Assembly (NCBI GenBank): GCA_964016885.1
Contig: OZ024744.1
Coordinates: 98,332,001-98,396,000, forward strand
DNA from: Eledone cirrhosa
Lineage: Eukaryota
DNA: 64,000 nt
Direction: 5' to 3'
In this document: positions 50,180-64,000 of the stretch, piece by piece
Layout: each line of letters starts with the position of its first letter
Numbering within the stretch: the first letter of the stretch is position 1
Position numbers and translations under genes: made by a program
Notes under the pieces: model-generated
Seen by the model: only the letters and a program-made list of their open reading frames with translations
Database searches by the model: none
What the model was told of the DNA's origin: nothing

Positions 50180-53100
50180 TGTCAGCCATTGAAAAGAACA
50201 TGGAGAGTATATTTAACAGCACTAGGGTTAGAGCCCCTAACTACACTGTCAAAGAGCGGCCTGGTCGTTATGACTCTGCTGGCTTAGAGCCACAGGGAGG
50301 GCCAGTGGATGATGGATCAGCTGTCTCTGAGACAAATATAAAGAATGCAGTTTTGTCCTGCAGAAGAGCCATCAAATTGGGCACTTTGAATGTGAGGACT
50401 ATTCGGATACTGGAGAAGAGAGAGGAGTTGGGACATCTGTTCAAGGAGAGTGGTATACAGATACTTGCGATCCAAGAATACAGGATCCTACATGATGAGC
50501 CCGTGAGGAGTGTGATGATTGGGAAGAGGAGCCAGCTCATCACCACAGTGAAGAACATGATCAATGCTGCAGTGGGAGGAGTGGGTTTTGTTTTCAGCGC
50601 AAAAATCAGTCTATTGGTAAGGGAAATAATACCTGTCTCCCCGCGAGTGTTGAGGCTGACCTTCAATGGAAACCCAAGACTGACAGTGATCTCAGCCTAT
50701 AGTCCAACCGAGGGGGACAGTGATGTGAATGCAGAAGTGTTCCATGAGGAGGTGTGTAGAGCTGTCAACACTACACCAGCTCACAACATCCTGCTTGTTC
50801 TGGGGGACTTCAATGCACATCTGAGTAAGGAGAGCAATGAAGATCCTTGCTGGTACTTCCATAACAACACCAACCGAAATGGCTCTTCGAGATGGAAGAC
50901 TACTGAGAGATACCCTGCTGGAGGCGAACTTGATAACAACCAACCTAAGGTTTAGGAAGAATCCGGGAAAGATGTGGACCTACATGTCAGATATGCACCT
51001 GCCCAAGTCCCAGATTGATTTCATTCTGGTGAGGAAAAAGTGGCGGAATAGTGTTCTGAACACAGAACCATACAACTATTTCAGTACACTGGGAAGTGAC
51101 CACCGGCTTGTTATGCGTGAGGCCCGGGTGAGCTTAAGAAAGAGTAAGGCTCAGCCCTGGAGAGCAATCTATGACTGGGGAGCTTTCAAGGAAGATGATA
51201 AGCTACAGGAGAAGTTCGCAGTAGACGTGAGGAACAGGTTCAGTGCTCTGTGTGGAGAGACAGAGGAGAGAGAGATTGGAGGGACTGAGGAGAGTGTGAC
51301 GAGGAGATACGGGTACTTCACCAATGCAGTGGCGGAAGCAAGTGAGACCCTGGTGCCGAGGAGAAAGAACAAAAGGAAGCACATCAGCTCTGGAGACCCA
51401 AAAGTGTGTGCAGCCAGAGAACACCAAGGACCATTTCCATGCTGATCCTACGGAGGAGAGGAAGGAGAATGTGGAGGTGATGAGGGAAGAACTCTGTACC
51501 GCTTACACAGAGGCCAGAGAGGAGGCACTGATAGAGAAGATCAGAAGTGTGGAGAGAGCGGTTGGCAGGTCTAGATGTAAGGAGAGCTGGATGATCATCA
51601 GCGAGGAAGAGAAGATGTTCAAATCAGATCCAGGGAACAGGGCCCGAGGCTAGGTAGGGGAAATGGCTGGACCATTTTAGGACCCTACTAGGAGAGCCAC
51701 CCTCCACAGCCCAGAACACTGGGGAGATCAGGAGGCTGTTTGAGGAACTGGATATTGAAACAGGGCCCTTCACCAGACAGGAACTTCAGAGAGCCAAGAA
51801 GAAGATCAAGGAGGGCAAGGCTCAAGGAGAAGATGGAGTGGCATCAGAGGGGATGAAGGGGTGTGATTTTGATGATATCATCCTGGAGTTCTGTAACCAG
51901 GCACTGGAGAAAGGAGTTGCCCCGAATCAGTGGAGGATCAGTAACATCGTCCCAGTGCCAAAGAAGGGAGATCTCTCTAACACCAACACTAGAGGGGGAT
52001 CTCACTGACGTCACTTGTGGCAAAGACCCTCAACAGGATGATTCTTAACAGGATCCAGCCCGAGATGGAGGAGAAGCTCAGGGACAACTAGAATGGCTTC
52101 AGAGAGGGAAGATCAACCACCAGTCACATCCTGATGCTGAGGAGGATATTAGAGGGAGCTAGAGCAAAGTACCTTCCTGCTGTCATGGTTTTCATTGACT
52201 TTAGGAAGGCCTTTGATTCTGTGGACCATCAATGCCTGATGAAGATCTTAGAGGCTTATGGAATCCCCAAGAAGATAGTGGACCTGATATCACTGCTCTA
52301 CACCAACACCAAAGCCCAAGTCATTACACCTGATGGGATGACAGAGTTCTTTGAGATACTGGCTGGAGTGCTCCAGGGAGATACTTTGGGTCCTTAACTT
52401 TTTATCATCGTAGTGGACTATTGTATGCACCTTGCACTGGAGAAACACCAGGACTCTGGCTTTACTGTAGCACTGGCTCAGAGCAGGAGAGTTAGGGCGA
52501 AAAAGATATCGGATGCTGAATTTGCCGATGACATAGTTTTGGTGACAAACACAGTGAAGGAGGCAGAGGATTTGATGCAATAGGTGGAAACTGTGTTGAT
52601 GAGTGTGGGGCTAAGAATGAATGAGATTAAGACGAAATATCTGGTAGAGAATATTAAGAAGCCAGAGAAGATTACTAATGTAGGCGGGAAGCCGCTAGAA
52701 TTGGTTGAGGACTTCCTGTATTTGGGAGAAAATATTGGGAATACGGAAGATGATGTGGTGGAGAGGAAGAGTAAAGCCTGGGCGGCATGCCACAGCTTGA
52801 GATCAGTGTGGAAGCAGGACCTTCGTTAAGACCTGAAGATCCGCCTCTTCGTTGCTGTAGTGGAGTCTGTGCTGCTGTACGGGTCTGAGACTTGGACACC
52901 GACCAAGAAACTCACTCAGATGATGGATGGGTGTTACACGAGAATGCTGAGGATGGCTCTGAACACTAATCAGTATACACTGAAGATGAAGAATTCAGCT
53001 GTACGGGAGCCTCTCAAAAGTGACCCAGAGGAGACTGAGGTTAGCTGGACATGCTCACCGACATCCATAGTTGATACTGCACTCAGTGCTCCTGTGGGAG

Positions 53101-53260
53101 CCCCTGCATGGACACACTGGATGAGTAAGACCGAGGTTAACATGTTGATGCCCTAAGGACAGACACTGGTCTCTTGGAGACAGAGGACATGGAAGTGATA
53201 ATGAGGGACAGAGACCGTTGGAGAGAGCTTGTCCACGAATCTCGGGAATTTTTACCCACC
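50180..53260 (+). mobile_element. Decayed full-length LINE of a different family (RTE-X-like), APE + RT
   Basis: KLGTLNVRTI, LAIQEYR, SAYSPT, LGDFNAH, GSDHRLV, FIDFRKAFDSV, GVLQGDTL, EFADD. Confidence 0.88.
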
Positions 53261-53674
53261 CTAGAGATGCATACATGCATATATGCATCACAGACGTAGC
53301 TTTTTAGTCCCACTAGGGACTTGCCTATGGCCAGCAATACCATGCATCGCAGAAAATGTCACGTAAGCTTTTTAAAGTGAGTATAGACTTTGCACAGGGC
53401 CAATCCCACTCTCTAGACATCGAATGCATTTGCACCCCAAAAAGTAGAACTGGTCTACATCATTGGATGTAAACGAAGTCAAAGGTTTTTCATCAGAGTG
53501 ACCTTCTCCAAGAGAGATGCCTTAATGAAGATGAGGAGTCTCTTGCTCCACACGAAAATAAACATACTTACATACATACACACAGTCAGTCAGTCAATCA
53601 ATCAAACCAGGGTTACCTAAACTGCACATTAAGTGAACAAGACCTCAAAGTCCTGTGAATATTTTTATCAGCCA

Positions 53675-54478
53675 CTAGCACAGTACCCAGCGTTGCATGG
53701 GTAGGGAAAATAATATCTGCTTTGATGACAAGGTGTTGATCTTAGCGATTGCTTCTCGATGACTCATCTATGGCCACATACAGGCCATGCGGGGGAGGGT
53801 GGTGATGACCTCTATCACTGAGAAACGCGGGTGACTGACGAAGGGGCATGCTGGGGGGAGGGGGGGAGTTTCGAATTTGAACGAATTTGGTTGAAAAATG
53901 TGGTAGCTAGAGCCGAAAAGGCGGAAATTTGAGTGAAAAGGTGGTATTTTCGAATATTAAAGCGGCTGCCATGCCGTTCCTGAACAAAAAAATCCAAAAT
54001 GTAAAGCCACTTTAAGACGTGAAATAATCAGATCTAGCGTAGTGTAAAATTTGAACAAAGTAGGTTGATTAATGTGGGAGCTAGAGCCTAAAAGTGGTAT
54101 TTTTGAATATTTAAGCGGCTGCCACGCCATCCCAGAACAACAAATGCAAAATATAAAACCATTACAGGATGTGCAATGATAAATTCTATTTTGCTTTAAA
54201 ATTTGAACGAAATCGGTGGCAAAATGTGGAAGCTAGAGCCAAAAATCTTATTTTTCGATACCTAAAAAAAGGTGCCCCCCCCCCCCCCCCCCCCACCCAC
54301 CCCCCTATCGATTTTTATCTGCAGAATGACCCCGGAATAAAAATAACGATACACTGATATATAGAAAACACTCCCCGATGACTAATCTATGACCCTGTAA
54401 AGTTTCATGAAAATCAGTCATAAGATGTAGGCCCTATAGGTAATACACAGATACACAGACACACATACAGATATAGTG
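53675..54478 (-). mobile_element. Non-autonomous Helitron-like element
   Basis: - strand ends with hairpin (cccatgcaacgctggg) then CTAG|T; 5' end degraded. Confidence 0.6.
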
Positions 54479-54717
54479 TATAATCTGAACTCAAGAATGA
54501 TTCTGGTGTTACCACTTCAGTTTTTGCTTGTGGTGGTGCTAATGATGATGGCGGCGGTGGTGGTGGTAATATTGATGGTGGTGATGGTGATGATGATGAA
54601 AAATGACTGACATACTGAAGTATTTAAAAGATTGAGGCCAGTGGAGTCTTTGTTTACTCTGACTTTGTTGCTGTTACCATATCTGTGGAGAGAAAGTAAA
54701 GACCATTTTATAGTAAA

Positions 54718-55647
54718 CTAGCAGTAAAGCCCGGCGTTGCTCGGGGTCGCTCAGTAGCTGTGTTAAAGTTACAATGTTAAGTTTCTTTCTTGGCTTAAAA
54801 ACTGTAGTGTCTACTGTGCAGACTTGCATGTGGTGTTTTTGATTAATATTCCCTCAACCAACAATATGCCTTATGAAGTTAAGAAAACATAACGATAACC
54901 CGAATGTTATAACAAAAGAGGATGCTGGGGATAGAAATTGCACTGGTTATTTATTAACAAAGATCGAAAATGTAAACACTGCAACGCAGAGAAAAACATT
55001 AGCGTAACCAAATTATCAGTTATGTCTGTCTGCACGCCTATATCACCTCTCTGCACGACTATCTGTCTGCACGCCTATATCACCTCTCTGCACGACTATC
55101 TGTCTGCACGCCTATATCACCTCTCTGTACGACTATCTGTCTGCACGCCTATATCACCTCTCTGCACGACTATCTGTCTGCACGACTGTCTGTCTGCACG
55201 ACTGTCTGTCTGCACGCCTAACGACGAAATATTTGCTTGTTTTACGTAGTCTTTAAATAGACTTGTTTTCAAGTAAAAATATTGTTTTAAAATGCTTTTA
55301 AATGGAAATGAAGCAAAACGGAAGCTTAGTGTTCGAACTGATGAATTTTGCAGGTCAATATTTTGCTGGCTCGACAACTGTTAAAGCCAGCGTAATTTTT
55401 TACGTAAGACGCTCAATGTAAACAGAACAAAGGGAAATAACTGATAACTTACGCTCAAAAATCGATACATTATATTCGATTTCGTCACATAGGGTGGGTC
55501 AATTTGACATTTTTTTTTTCCGATGTCTTCGCTAGGGCTCAATGTACAAGTATAGCAATTTCGGTGCAATTCCGTGAGAGATTCTAAGAGGAGATGTGTG
55601 CCAAAAATCGATAGACAGACAGACAACCACAGTTTTATATATATAGA
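54718..55647 (-). mobile_element. Non-autonomous Helitron with an internal 37-bp tandem array (55025-55220)
   Basis: - strand A|TC 5' end, hairpin cccgagcaacgccggg, CTAG|T 3' end. Confidence 0.8.
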
Positions 55648-55827
55648 TGACTGGATAGCAATGAAAAGGCATCAATGATTCAATGATATCAAAACAAAAC
55701 ATACTTTCTTCAAGACAATGTGTTTGCACTAGTATATATATATAATAGGCTGATTTGACAGAAGTAGAATAAAATAAGTTGAGATTTTGTCAATTTCCTT
55801 CTTTCGATGTTTATTTATATATTTGTC

Positions 55828-57360
55828 TCCCCAGGCAGGCCTAGGTAAAGAAGAGAAAGACTGCTTTTATGAGCAACTTTTAGAAACAGCCACAATGACA
55901 GAGGACGGAGATATCGTTATGCTAGCAGGGGACTTCAATGGTCATGTTGGACAGCTCCAGGATGGATACACTGGGGTACATGGTGGGCACGGTTATGGCT
56001 CAAGTTATGAAGAAGGAGTGAGGCTTCTTGAATTTTGGAAGAGCACTAACCATTTGCAACACTAACTTCAAGAAGCCTACCAACCACCTAATAACCTACA
56101 AATCAGGCGAGCACATAAGCCAGATTGACTTCCTGCTAGTTAGACAGTGAGACAGGCAGATGGTGTCAAATACTAAGGCATACCCCGGGGAAGAATGTAC
56201 CCCACAGCATAGGTTAGTCGTTAGTGACATCTCAGTAAGCAAGAGACAGAATGAGACATACAGGAAGGTGTGGAAAAGAAAGGTCTGGAAACTAAAAGAC
56301 CTTTCACTAAAATATAAATTTAGGAAAGCCCTTCAAGATGTGTATGACAAAAAAGAAGACGATTTAGAGTCGTATGACATAGATGATAACTGGAATTTCT
56401 TACGTGACAACTTACTGCAGGCTACTGAAGAAACAGAGCTCCAACCAGACAGAGAGTGACCTGGTGGTGGAACAACACGGTAGATAGGGCCATTAGTGAC
56501 AAAAGATTAGCATGGAACTCTAGGAAAAATGGTGGGAGTAGAGAAGGATACACAGCTGCTAAGAGAGAAGCTAGACGTCAGGTGTACTTAGCACGCAGGG
56601 AGGCTGAGAGTAGGAGGTTTGCTAACAGGTAGAGAAAACTATGTATGCAGTAGGTGTACAGGGAAAGTTGGCAGCAGTAATCGCAGTGATAGACACATTT
56701 TTCCAATGTAGGTGGGTTCTAAAGAAGTAGTTGATAGCGTCCGGTACCTAGGTGATCAGATTAGCATGGGAGGGGGGTGTTCCGAGGCCATAGTATCTAG
56801 AATAAGGACAGGTTGGAAGAAGTTTAGGGAGCTGCTTCCTCTGATGACAAAGAAGGGTTTCTCCCTGCATATGAAAGGCCGGTTATATGATGCCTGTGTG
56901 AGATGCGCGATGCTGCATGGTAGTGAGACATGGGCAGCAACTGCAGAAGATATGCAACGGCTGGAGAGAAATGAAGAAAGCATGCTCCGTTGGATGTGCA
57001 ATGTCAATGTGCGTGAACGACCCAGCATAGATGAGTTGAGAGAGAAACTGGGTATAAGAGGGATAAGTTGTGGTGTGCAGGAGAGAAAGCTGAGATGGTA
57101 TGGACATGTGATGCGCATGGAGGATGACCGCTGGGTAAAGAACTGCCAAGAAATCCCAGTAGAAGGAAGACGCAGTAGAAGTAGACCACGAAAAACATGG
57201 GCGGGGGTGGTGAGAGCAGACCTCAGATCGCTGAAACTCACCGAGGAGATGACGAAGGACCTTGACGAGTGGAGAGATGCTGTGCTGAATAGGAACAGTC
57301 ACACCCTTGCAAGCAGGGAAAAGTGGATGAAAAAAATGATGATGATGATGATGATGATGA
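55828..57360 (+). mobile_element. RTE LINE subfamily A copy lacking the whole RT core
   Basis: APE region (GDFNGHVG) joined at ~56622 to the PHD/C-terminal region; (GAT)n tail. Confidence 0.9.
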
Positions 57361-57614
57361 TATATATATATATACATATATATATCTGAGTTTTGTAGCT
57401 TGCTTGAAGCATTGTTGAATGTATGCATGTGTGTGAGTCTAAGTGTGTTTGCCTAGTGAGGACATAGATTTAATTTGAAAGAAGGAATGAAACTGGCTGC
57501 TGGGATGTTGGAATACAGGCTTTTAAATTAGCTATTCTGGTGCACTTCTTTCCATTTGATTGTTGATCCTAGGTTTTAATTGCTTGATTAAGAGGGCTTC
57601 CTTAATACTCGCTG

Positions 57615-57925
57615 AATGTGTCGGTTTCAGTGACCTGGATTGTTTCGGCCTCACCACCGCCGACATCAACCAGCTCCTATCCATCATTGTAAACAACGCC
57701 TTTTTCAACTTCCTGGGACAAACCTACCGACAGACCTCTGGACTACCCATGGGATCCAGCCTCTCGGGTTTACTGGCCATTTCCTATATGAACAGGCTTG
57801 AATGCCATTTACTCAGTTCCTGCAACACCTGCACTTTCTTCACTAGATATATGGATGATATACTCATCCTCACATCCACCAAGGAGAATGCCAATAAGAT
57901 TTTCCAATCTTTCAATAATGCTTAT
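57615..57925 (+). mobile_element. Third PLE RT fragment
   Basis: NAFFNFLGQTYRQTSGLPMGSSLSGLLA, FTRYMDDI. Confidence 0.8.
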
Positions 57926-58057
57926 TTGGGATCGTTAAATTTGTTAAGGTAAGATTCTTTTGTTATCTTGGCAATTTAATGTTCTTCATACGCATTGTTT
58001 GGTTTTCAAAATTACTTAAATTTGTGTTTATATATATACACACACATATATATATAT

Positions 58058-58398
58058 GGAGGCACATGGCTTAGTGGTTAGAGCATTGGCCTTGCAATCG
58101 AAAGGTTGTGAGGTCAATTCTCAGACCGGGTGATGTGTTGTTTCCTTGAGCAAGACACTTTATTTCACATTGCTCCAGTTTACTCAGCTGTAGAAATGAG
58201 ATGATAGGGACTGGGGTCCCTATCATTCCACTGCAAAGTGGTTGTGTAGGTGCCACGGCAAAAAAGCACCCAGCACTCACTGTAAATGAGGTTGGTGTTA
58301 GGAAGGGCATCCAGCTGTAGAAATCAAGCCAGAATCAGTTCCCGTCCCACCCTTGCTAGCAGGGAAAAGCGGACGTAAAATGATGATGATGATGATGA
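58058..58398 (+). mobile_element. Full CORE-type SINE copy
   Basis: Highly similar to 11429-11768. Confidence 0.88.
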
Positions 58399-58444
58399 TA
58401 TATATATATATGTATATATACATATTTTATTACATAACAAAAAG

Positions 58445-58665
58445 TCTTCTTCTTCTTCTTCATTTAATCCCGTGAGGGACACCAAGGACAGGGTCCTCAA
58501 ACACTCCTTCCAGTGGGTCCTGTCAGAAGCAACCGTCTCCGACTCATCTGGCTGGATCACCAAACAAAACCAGCCAAACTCATGGATGTTATCCAGCCAT
58601 CTTGCTCAGGGTCTACCCCTGGGTCTCCTGCTGGTTGGTTTTGCCCATAAAATCTGTCCAGTGAC
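58445..58665 (-). mobile_element. LINE 3' end with (GAA)n tail
   Basis: - strand RRPRGRP..W-like remnant ending gaagaagaag. Confidence 0.55.
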
Positions 58666-58696
58666 ATATATGTGTATATATATATATATACATATC

Positions 58697-60590
58697 TCCA
58701 TCGGGTATAGCTGCCGAGATGCTGAAGGCATCTGGGTCGGTAGGTCACACCATAACCACACGTATTGTTAACCAGGTAATACTAGAAGGTGCCATACCGA
58801 AGGATTGGTGCAGTAGCATCATTGTCAACTGCTACAAAGGTAAAGGTGATGCACTAGATAGAGGAAACTATAGAGGTATAAAGCTGATGGACCAGGTCAT
58901 GAAAGTAACAGAAAGAGTTATAGCACAGTTGATTAGGGACCGGGTGAAACTAGATGAGATGCAATTTGGGTTTGTGCCAGGAAGAGGCACCACTGATGCC
59001 CTCTTCCTTGTGAGGCAGCTACAGGAAAAGTACCTAGCTAAAAGTAAGCCGCTCTACGTCGATCTCGAGAAAGCCTTTGACAGAGTGCCCCGTTCTATAA
59101 TCTGGTGGGCTCTTAGAAAACTAGGAGTAGATGAATGGCTTGTGAAAGCTGTACAAGCCATGTATAGGGGAGCAGTCAGCAAAGTTAGGGTTAGCAATGA
59201 CTATAGCGAGGAATTTAGCGTACAGGTCGGTGTCCACCAGGGCTCTGTTCTTAGCCCTCTCCTGTTCATCATAGTCCTGCAGGCAATAATGGAGGAGTTT
59301 AAGACCGGATGCCCATGGGAACTCCTGGATGACCTCGCACTTATAGCTGAATCTATGGTAGAACTAGAGAAGCAATTCCAAAATTGAAAGCAGGGACTAG
59401 AGAGAAAGGGTCTCAGGCTCAACCTGACAAAGACTAAGGTCCTTGTAAGTAGACGAGAAAACAGAACCCAGATCCCCTCAGGGAAATGGCCTTGCTCAGT
59501 ATGTAGGAAAGGTGTAGGTAGGAACTCCATTCTCTGCCCCAAATGCAAACAATGGGTACACAAGAGATGTAGCGGGATCTCAGGAAGCTTAACTAAGAAT
59601 GTAGGCTTCACATGTAGCAGCTGTGCTGGGACAGCAAGTAGCAAACAGCCACAGGAAACAAGTACCACCAAACTCTGGGAGAGCTCTGTAGAGACAGTAG
59701 ACAGCTTCTGCTACCTAGGTGACCGAATTAGCAGCGGAGGTGGGTGTTCAGAAAGTACAATAACTAGGGTAAGAACGGGATGGAAGAATTTCAGGGAGCT
59801 ACTGCCACTGCTAGCTGCAAAAGGCTTTTCCCTCAAAATGAAAGGCAGACTGTATGATGCCTGTATACGAACAGCAATGTTACATGGTAGTGAGACCTGG
59901 GCGCTGTCTGTGGAAGACTTGCATAGATTAGAAAGAAACAAAGCCTGCATGCTCCGATGGATGTGTAATAGTAATATACGCGAACGGCAAAGCATAAATG
60001 AATTGAGAGAGAGAGTGAGTATAAGAGGAATCAAATGCTGTGTGCAGGAGAAGCGGTTGCATTGGTATGGACATGTGATGTGTATGAAGGATGACAGCTG
60101 CATAAAAAGGTGCAGAGCACTAGACGTCGATAGAAACCGCGGAGTGGGGAGACCCAAGAAGACCTGGGATGAGGTGATAAAAGCCGACCTTACTCAATTA
60201 CACCTCTCAAAGGCGATGTCACACGACTGTGACCTCTGGCGTCACACAGTAAAACAGAAGACCCGACCCCCCAGTACAAGCCGAAGCTGAAGCATATAGA
60301 CAATATACCCCCACACCCTCCCACTGCAAAGTGGTCGTGGAGGTGCCACGGCAAAAAAGCACCCACCCCACACTGTAAAGTGGACATGTAGGCGCCACAG
60401 AAAAAAAGCACCCAGCACTCACTGTTAATGAGGTTGGTGTTAGGAAGGGCATCCAGCTGTAGAAATCAAGCCAGAATCAGTTCCTGTATGAGCAAGGCAT
60501 GGTCAGCCGACCGGACACTGCCCACAACAGGACAACCTGTCTAACTCATGCTAGCGTGGAAGAACCGATGTAAAACGGTGATGATGATGA

Positions 60591-60594
<4 letters not shown>
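58697..60594 (+). mobile_element. 5'-truncated RTE LINE (subfamily C)
   Basis: ORFs 58719-59387 and 59838-60290; 3' UTR; (GAT)n. Confidence 0.92.
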
Positions 60595-60635
<41 letters not shown>

Positions 60636-60940
60636 CATCGTCTTCATCACCATTTAACATCCATTTTTCCATGCTAGCATGGGTTAGACAAGTACTGGGC
60701 GCTTTTGTGATATATATATATATCTCGGATTTTAGTCTTCACGTGGATTGGCAGTATCGGTAGAGGGTCGGACGCCATGCTTTCCAGCATAGTTACGTCC
60801 CTTTACGATCTGAGTTCAAATCCCGCCGAGGTTGACTTTGCCTTTCATCCTTACGGGGTCGATAAAATAAAGTACCAGTAATGCACTGGGTAATTGCTGG
60901 CCTTGTGCCTAAAGTAGAAACAATTATTACTATATATATA

Positions 60941-61870
60941 CTAGCAGTGGTACCCGGCGTTGCACGGGATAAGGTATTTTGGAACGCAGGCCACCAACAG
61001 ACCTAATCGTGGAAAAACTGCATGCCTGGACAATATGTTAAGAAAATAAACCGAATACTCTCATGGCTGGATAATCTTTAAGATTTTCCTCATGAAACAG
61101 GAAAAATGCAGGTTTTCACCTAATGCGGGCCCTAGGAGATCAAGAAAATGAATTTTTTTATGTGCATAATATGCCTTGAAATTTCAGGAAAATCAGCTAG
61201 ATGTAACGCCTCAAAAAAGCCCTAAAAAGCTGAAAAAATGAAGTTTTTCACCTAATGCGGGCCCTAGGCCATAAAATAGTTGGATTTTCTTTGCTCACGG
61301 TATGAAGAAGAGACTGACTAATACATAGTTACAATTTCAAGGAAATCGGTCTGACGTAACGCCTCAAAAAAACCCTAAAGAGCTGAAAAAACGCAGTTTT
61401 TCACCTAATGCGGCCCTAGGGAATCAAAAAGTTGAATTATGTTATGTGCATAACACTCCCTCAAACATAAGTAACACACATGTAAAGTCTAAAAAAAATC
61501 GGGTGGGTACTTCTCAAGTTTTAGGGATTCAAACTCACAGACACAGACACTGACACACACACACATCCTCAGGGAAATGACGTGATGCAGACACCAGACA
61601 TACAGACAGATATTATAAGGGCGCGACGTTATATGTATGTATCTATCTAAAAAGAAAGACTAAGAATTATAGAGACAGATCGCTAAATCGCCTAATGCGG
61701 TCACTAGGGCATTGGAAATTAAAAATCTTTTTTGCTCAGAACACTCCCTGAAACATAAGTATTACATGTGTAAAATTTGAAAACAGTCGGTTTGGTGCTT
61801 CTCGAGTTTTAGGGATTCAAACTCACACACACACACACAGAGACAGACATCCTCAGTTTTATATATATAT
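60941..61870 (-). mobile_element. Non-autonomous Helitron-like element with internal repeats
   Basis: + strand a|ctagcagtggtacccggcgttgcacggg; repeated 'ttttcacctaatgcgggccctagg'; end 'cagttttatatat' as at 55630. Confidence 0.7.
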
Positions 61871-62261
61871 ATGGCATATTATAAACAGTGGCACTTTGGT
61901 TATCGTGTCTTTAAGCTCTGCTGATGATCGCTTCCAACCGTGACCATCCCCACTGAAAGTTTCGTGAAATAGTCTTTTTTAAGACTATACAGAGCATTTG
62001 TAGTTTTTCCAAATTGAAGGATGAGTATTTTAAACTTTATTTTATTCTGAGTTAAGGCTCTATTGATTTTTCCCTGGATTTCACTAAATTCTGTGGATGA
62101 ATCTATATCCTGATTCTTTTTGAATTGAGTTTGAATTATTTTCCCACATCTTACGTTAACTATTTTTCCATTTTGACGCTACAGTCACTTATATATTATG
62201 GAATACTGTTGGCTTCTTTGCTCACAATAATTTCTATACTTTTCATTTATATATATATATA

Positions 62262-62680
62262 AAGACCTGAAAATCCGCCTCTTCATTGCTGTAGTGGAGT
62301 CTATGCTGATGTATAGGTCTGAGACTTGGACACTGACCAAGAAACTCACTCAGATGGTGGATGGGTGCTACACGACAATGCTGAGGATGGCTCTGAACAT
62401 TAATAAGTATACACTGAGGATGAAAAACTCAGAGCTGTATGGGAGCATCCCAAAAGTCAGCTGGACATGCTCACCGACATCCAAAGTGGACATTGCACTC
62501 AGTACTCCTTTGGGAGCCCCTACATGGACACACTGGAAGAGGAAGACCAAGGTTAACGTATGTTGATGCCCTAAGGACAGACACTGGTCTGTTGGAGACG
62601 CAGGACATGGCAGCGATGATGAGGGAGAGAGACTGCTGGAGAGAACTCGTCCATGGATTTCGGGAATTTTACCCGCCCTA
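62262..62680 (+). mobile_element. 3' fragment of the RTE-X-like LINE
   Basis: Matches 52830-53260. Confidence 0.85.
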
Positions 62681-62954
62681 GAAAATATATATATATATAT
62701 ATAACGGAGGAGTTGTGGTAAGGAACCAGATGGACCATAATGCACCAGAGTACTCAATACTTAGGGTAGTAGAGTGGGTAATAGGAGAGAGTATGACCCC
62801 GACGGCAGAGCTCAAGCCATTTCGACGGCTATTTCTGGATATATATATATATATATACATATATATATTTATATATATATCTCTTATATATATATATATA
62901 TTTATATACATATATACATATATACATATATACATATATATATTTATATATATA

Positions 62955-64000
62955 TCTCTTAGTAGCTTTTTCATGTCGTTAATATTATGATGTTCCCTGC
63001 TGTATTAGCGTTAAATTTTCCCTGCTGTATTAGCGATAAATTTTCGAGGGTTTCTCTTAGTAGCTTTTTCATGTCGTTAATATTATGATGTTCCCTGCTG
63101 TATTAGCATTAAATTTTCCCTGCTGTATTAGCGATAAATTTTCGAGGGTTTCTCTTAGTAGCTTTTTCATGTCGTTAATATTATGATGTTCCCTGCTGTA
63201 TTAGCGTTAAATTTTCCCTGCTGTATTAGCGATAAATTTTCGAGGGTTTCTCTTAGTAGCTTTTTTCATGACGTTATTATTGTTAATTTTACTGATGTAG
63301 TATTAACTTATTAACTTGGATATTTACCATGCGGTATTCTAATCCTATTGTATCTCTCTCAGTTATTTACCATGCGACCCTCAGTTCCTACCCCCCCCCC
63401 CCTCTATGCACTTCTTTAAGGCTTACTACCCTGTCTTTAACCTAATTCATTCAATCTGAAAATATTGAAGAGATAAGACACTTTGCCATTCTTCTCTGCT
63501 AAAATGTACCACTAGAGCTGATTCAAATTTTCCCAGCCAGCCATCCACCTAATCTACGAAGGTATTTTAGCCTACATATTGTCGTTAATATTATGATGTT
63601 CCCTGCTGTATTAGCGTTAAATTTTCCCTGCTGTATTAGCGATAAATTTTCGAGGGTTTCTCTTAGTAGCTTTTTCATGTCGTTAATATTATGATGTTCC
63701 CTGCTGTATTAGCGTTAAATTTTCCCTGCTGTATTAGCGATAAATTTTCGAGGGTTTCTCTTAGTAGCTTTTTCATGTCGTTAATATTATGATGTTCCCT
63801 GCTGTATTAGCGTTAAATTTTCCCTGCTGTATTAGCGATAAATTTTCGAGGGTTTCTCTTAGTAGCTTTTTCATGTCGTTAATATTATGATGTTCCCTGC
63901 TGTATTAGCGTTAAATTTTCCCTGCTGTATTAGCGATAAATTTTCGAGGGTTTCTCTTAGTAGCTTTTTTCATGTCGTTAATATTATGATGTTCCCTGCT
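62955..64000. repeat. 98-bp satellite (62955-~63280 and ~63581 to window end)
   Basis: Near-identical units, each with an internal duplication 'ttccctgctgtattagcg(t/a)taaatt'. Confidence 0.95.

Overview
Repeat-saturated, AT-rich eukaryotic DNA. The RTE LINEs with (GAT)n tails, CORE-type and Meta-like tRNA SINEs and long TA/CA microsatellites suggest an octopus/coleoid cephalopod (inference). No host gene is confidently visible; there are only weak candidate exons at 3.4-4.9 kb and one tRNA-Ala(AGC). The window holds about 10 RTE-clade LINE copies in at least three 3'-end subfamilies, an RTE-X-like LINE, a DD34D mariner, a DD37D maT element, three non-autonomous Helitrons, MITEs, SINEs and tandem arrays. 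The most notable layer is Penelope-like (PLE). A near-complete minus-strand PLE (about 36.3-43.5 kb) carries an extra 442-aa coiled-coil ORF1 that joins the RT/GIY-YIG ORF through a U_UUU_UUA -1 slippery site, and it is bracketed by inverted hammerhead-containing repeats. About 10 hammerhead motifs from several families also sit in fold-back hairpin elements inserted in (TA)n, including a tandem pair 952 nt apart that looks like a retrozyme. All coordinates were read by eye and element ends are approximate.
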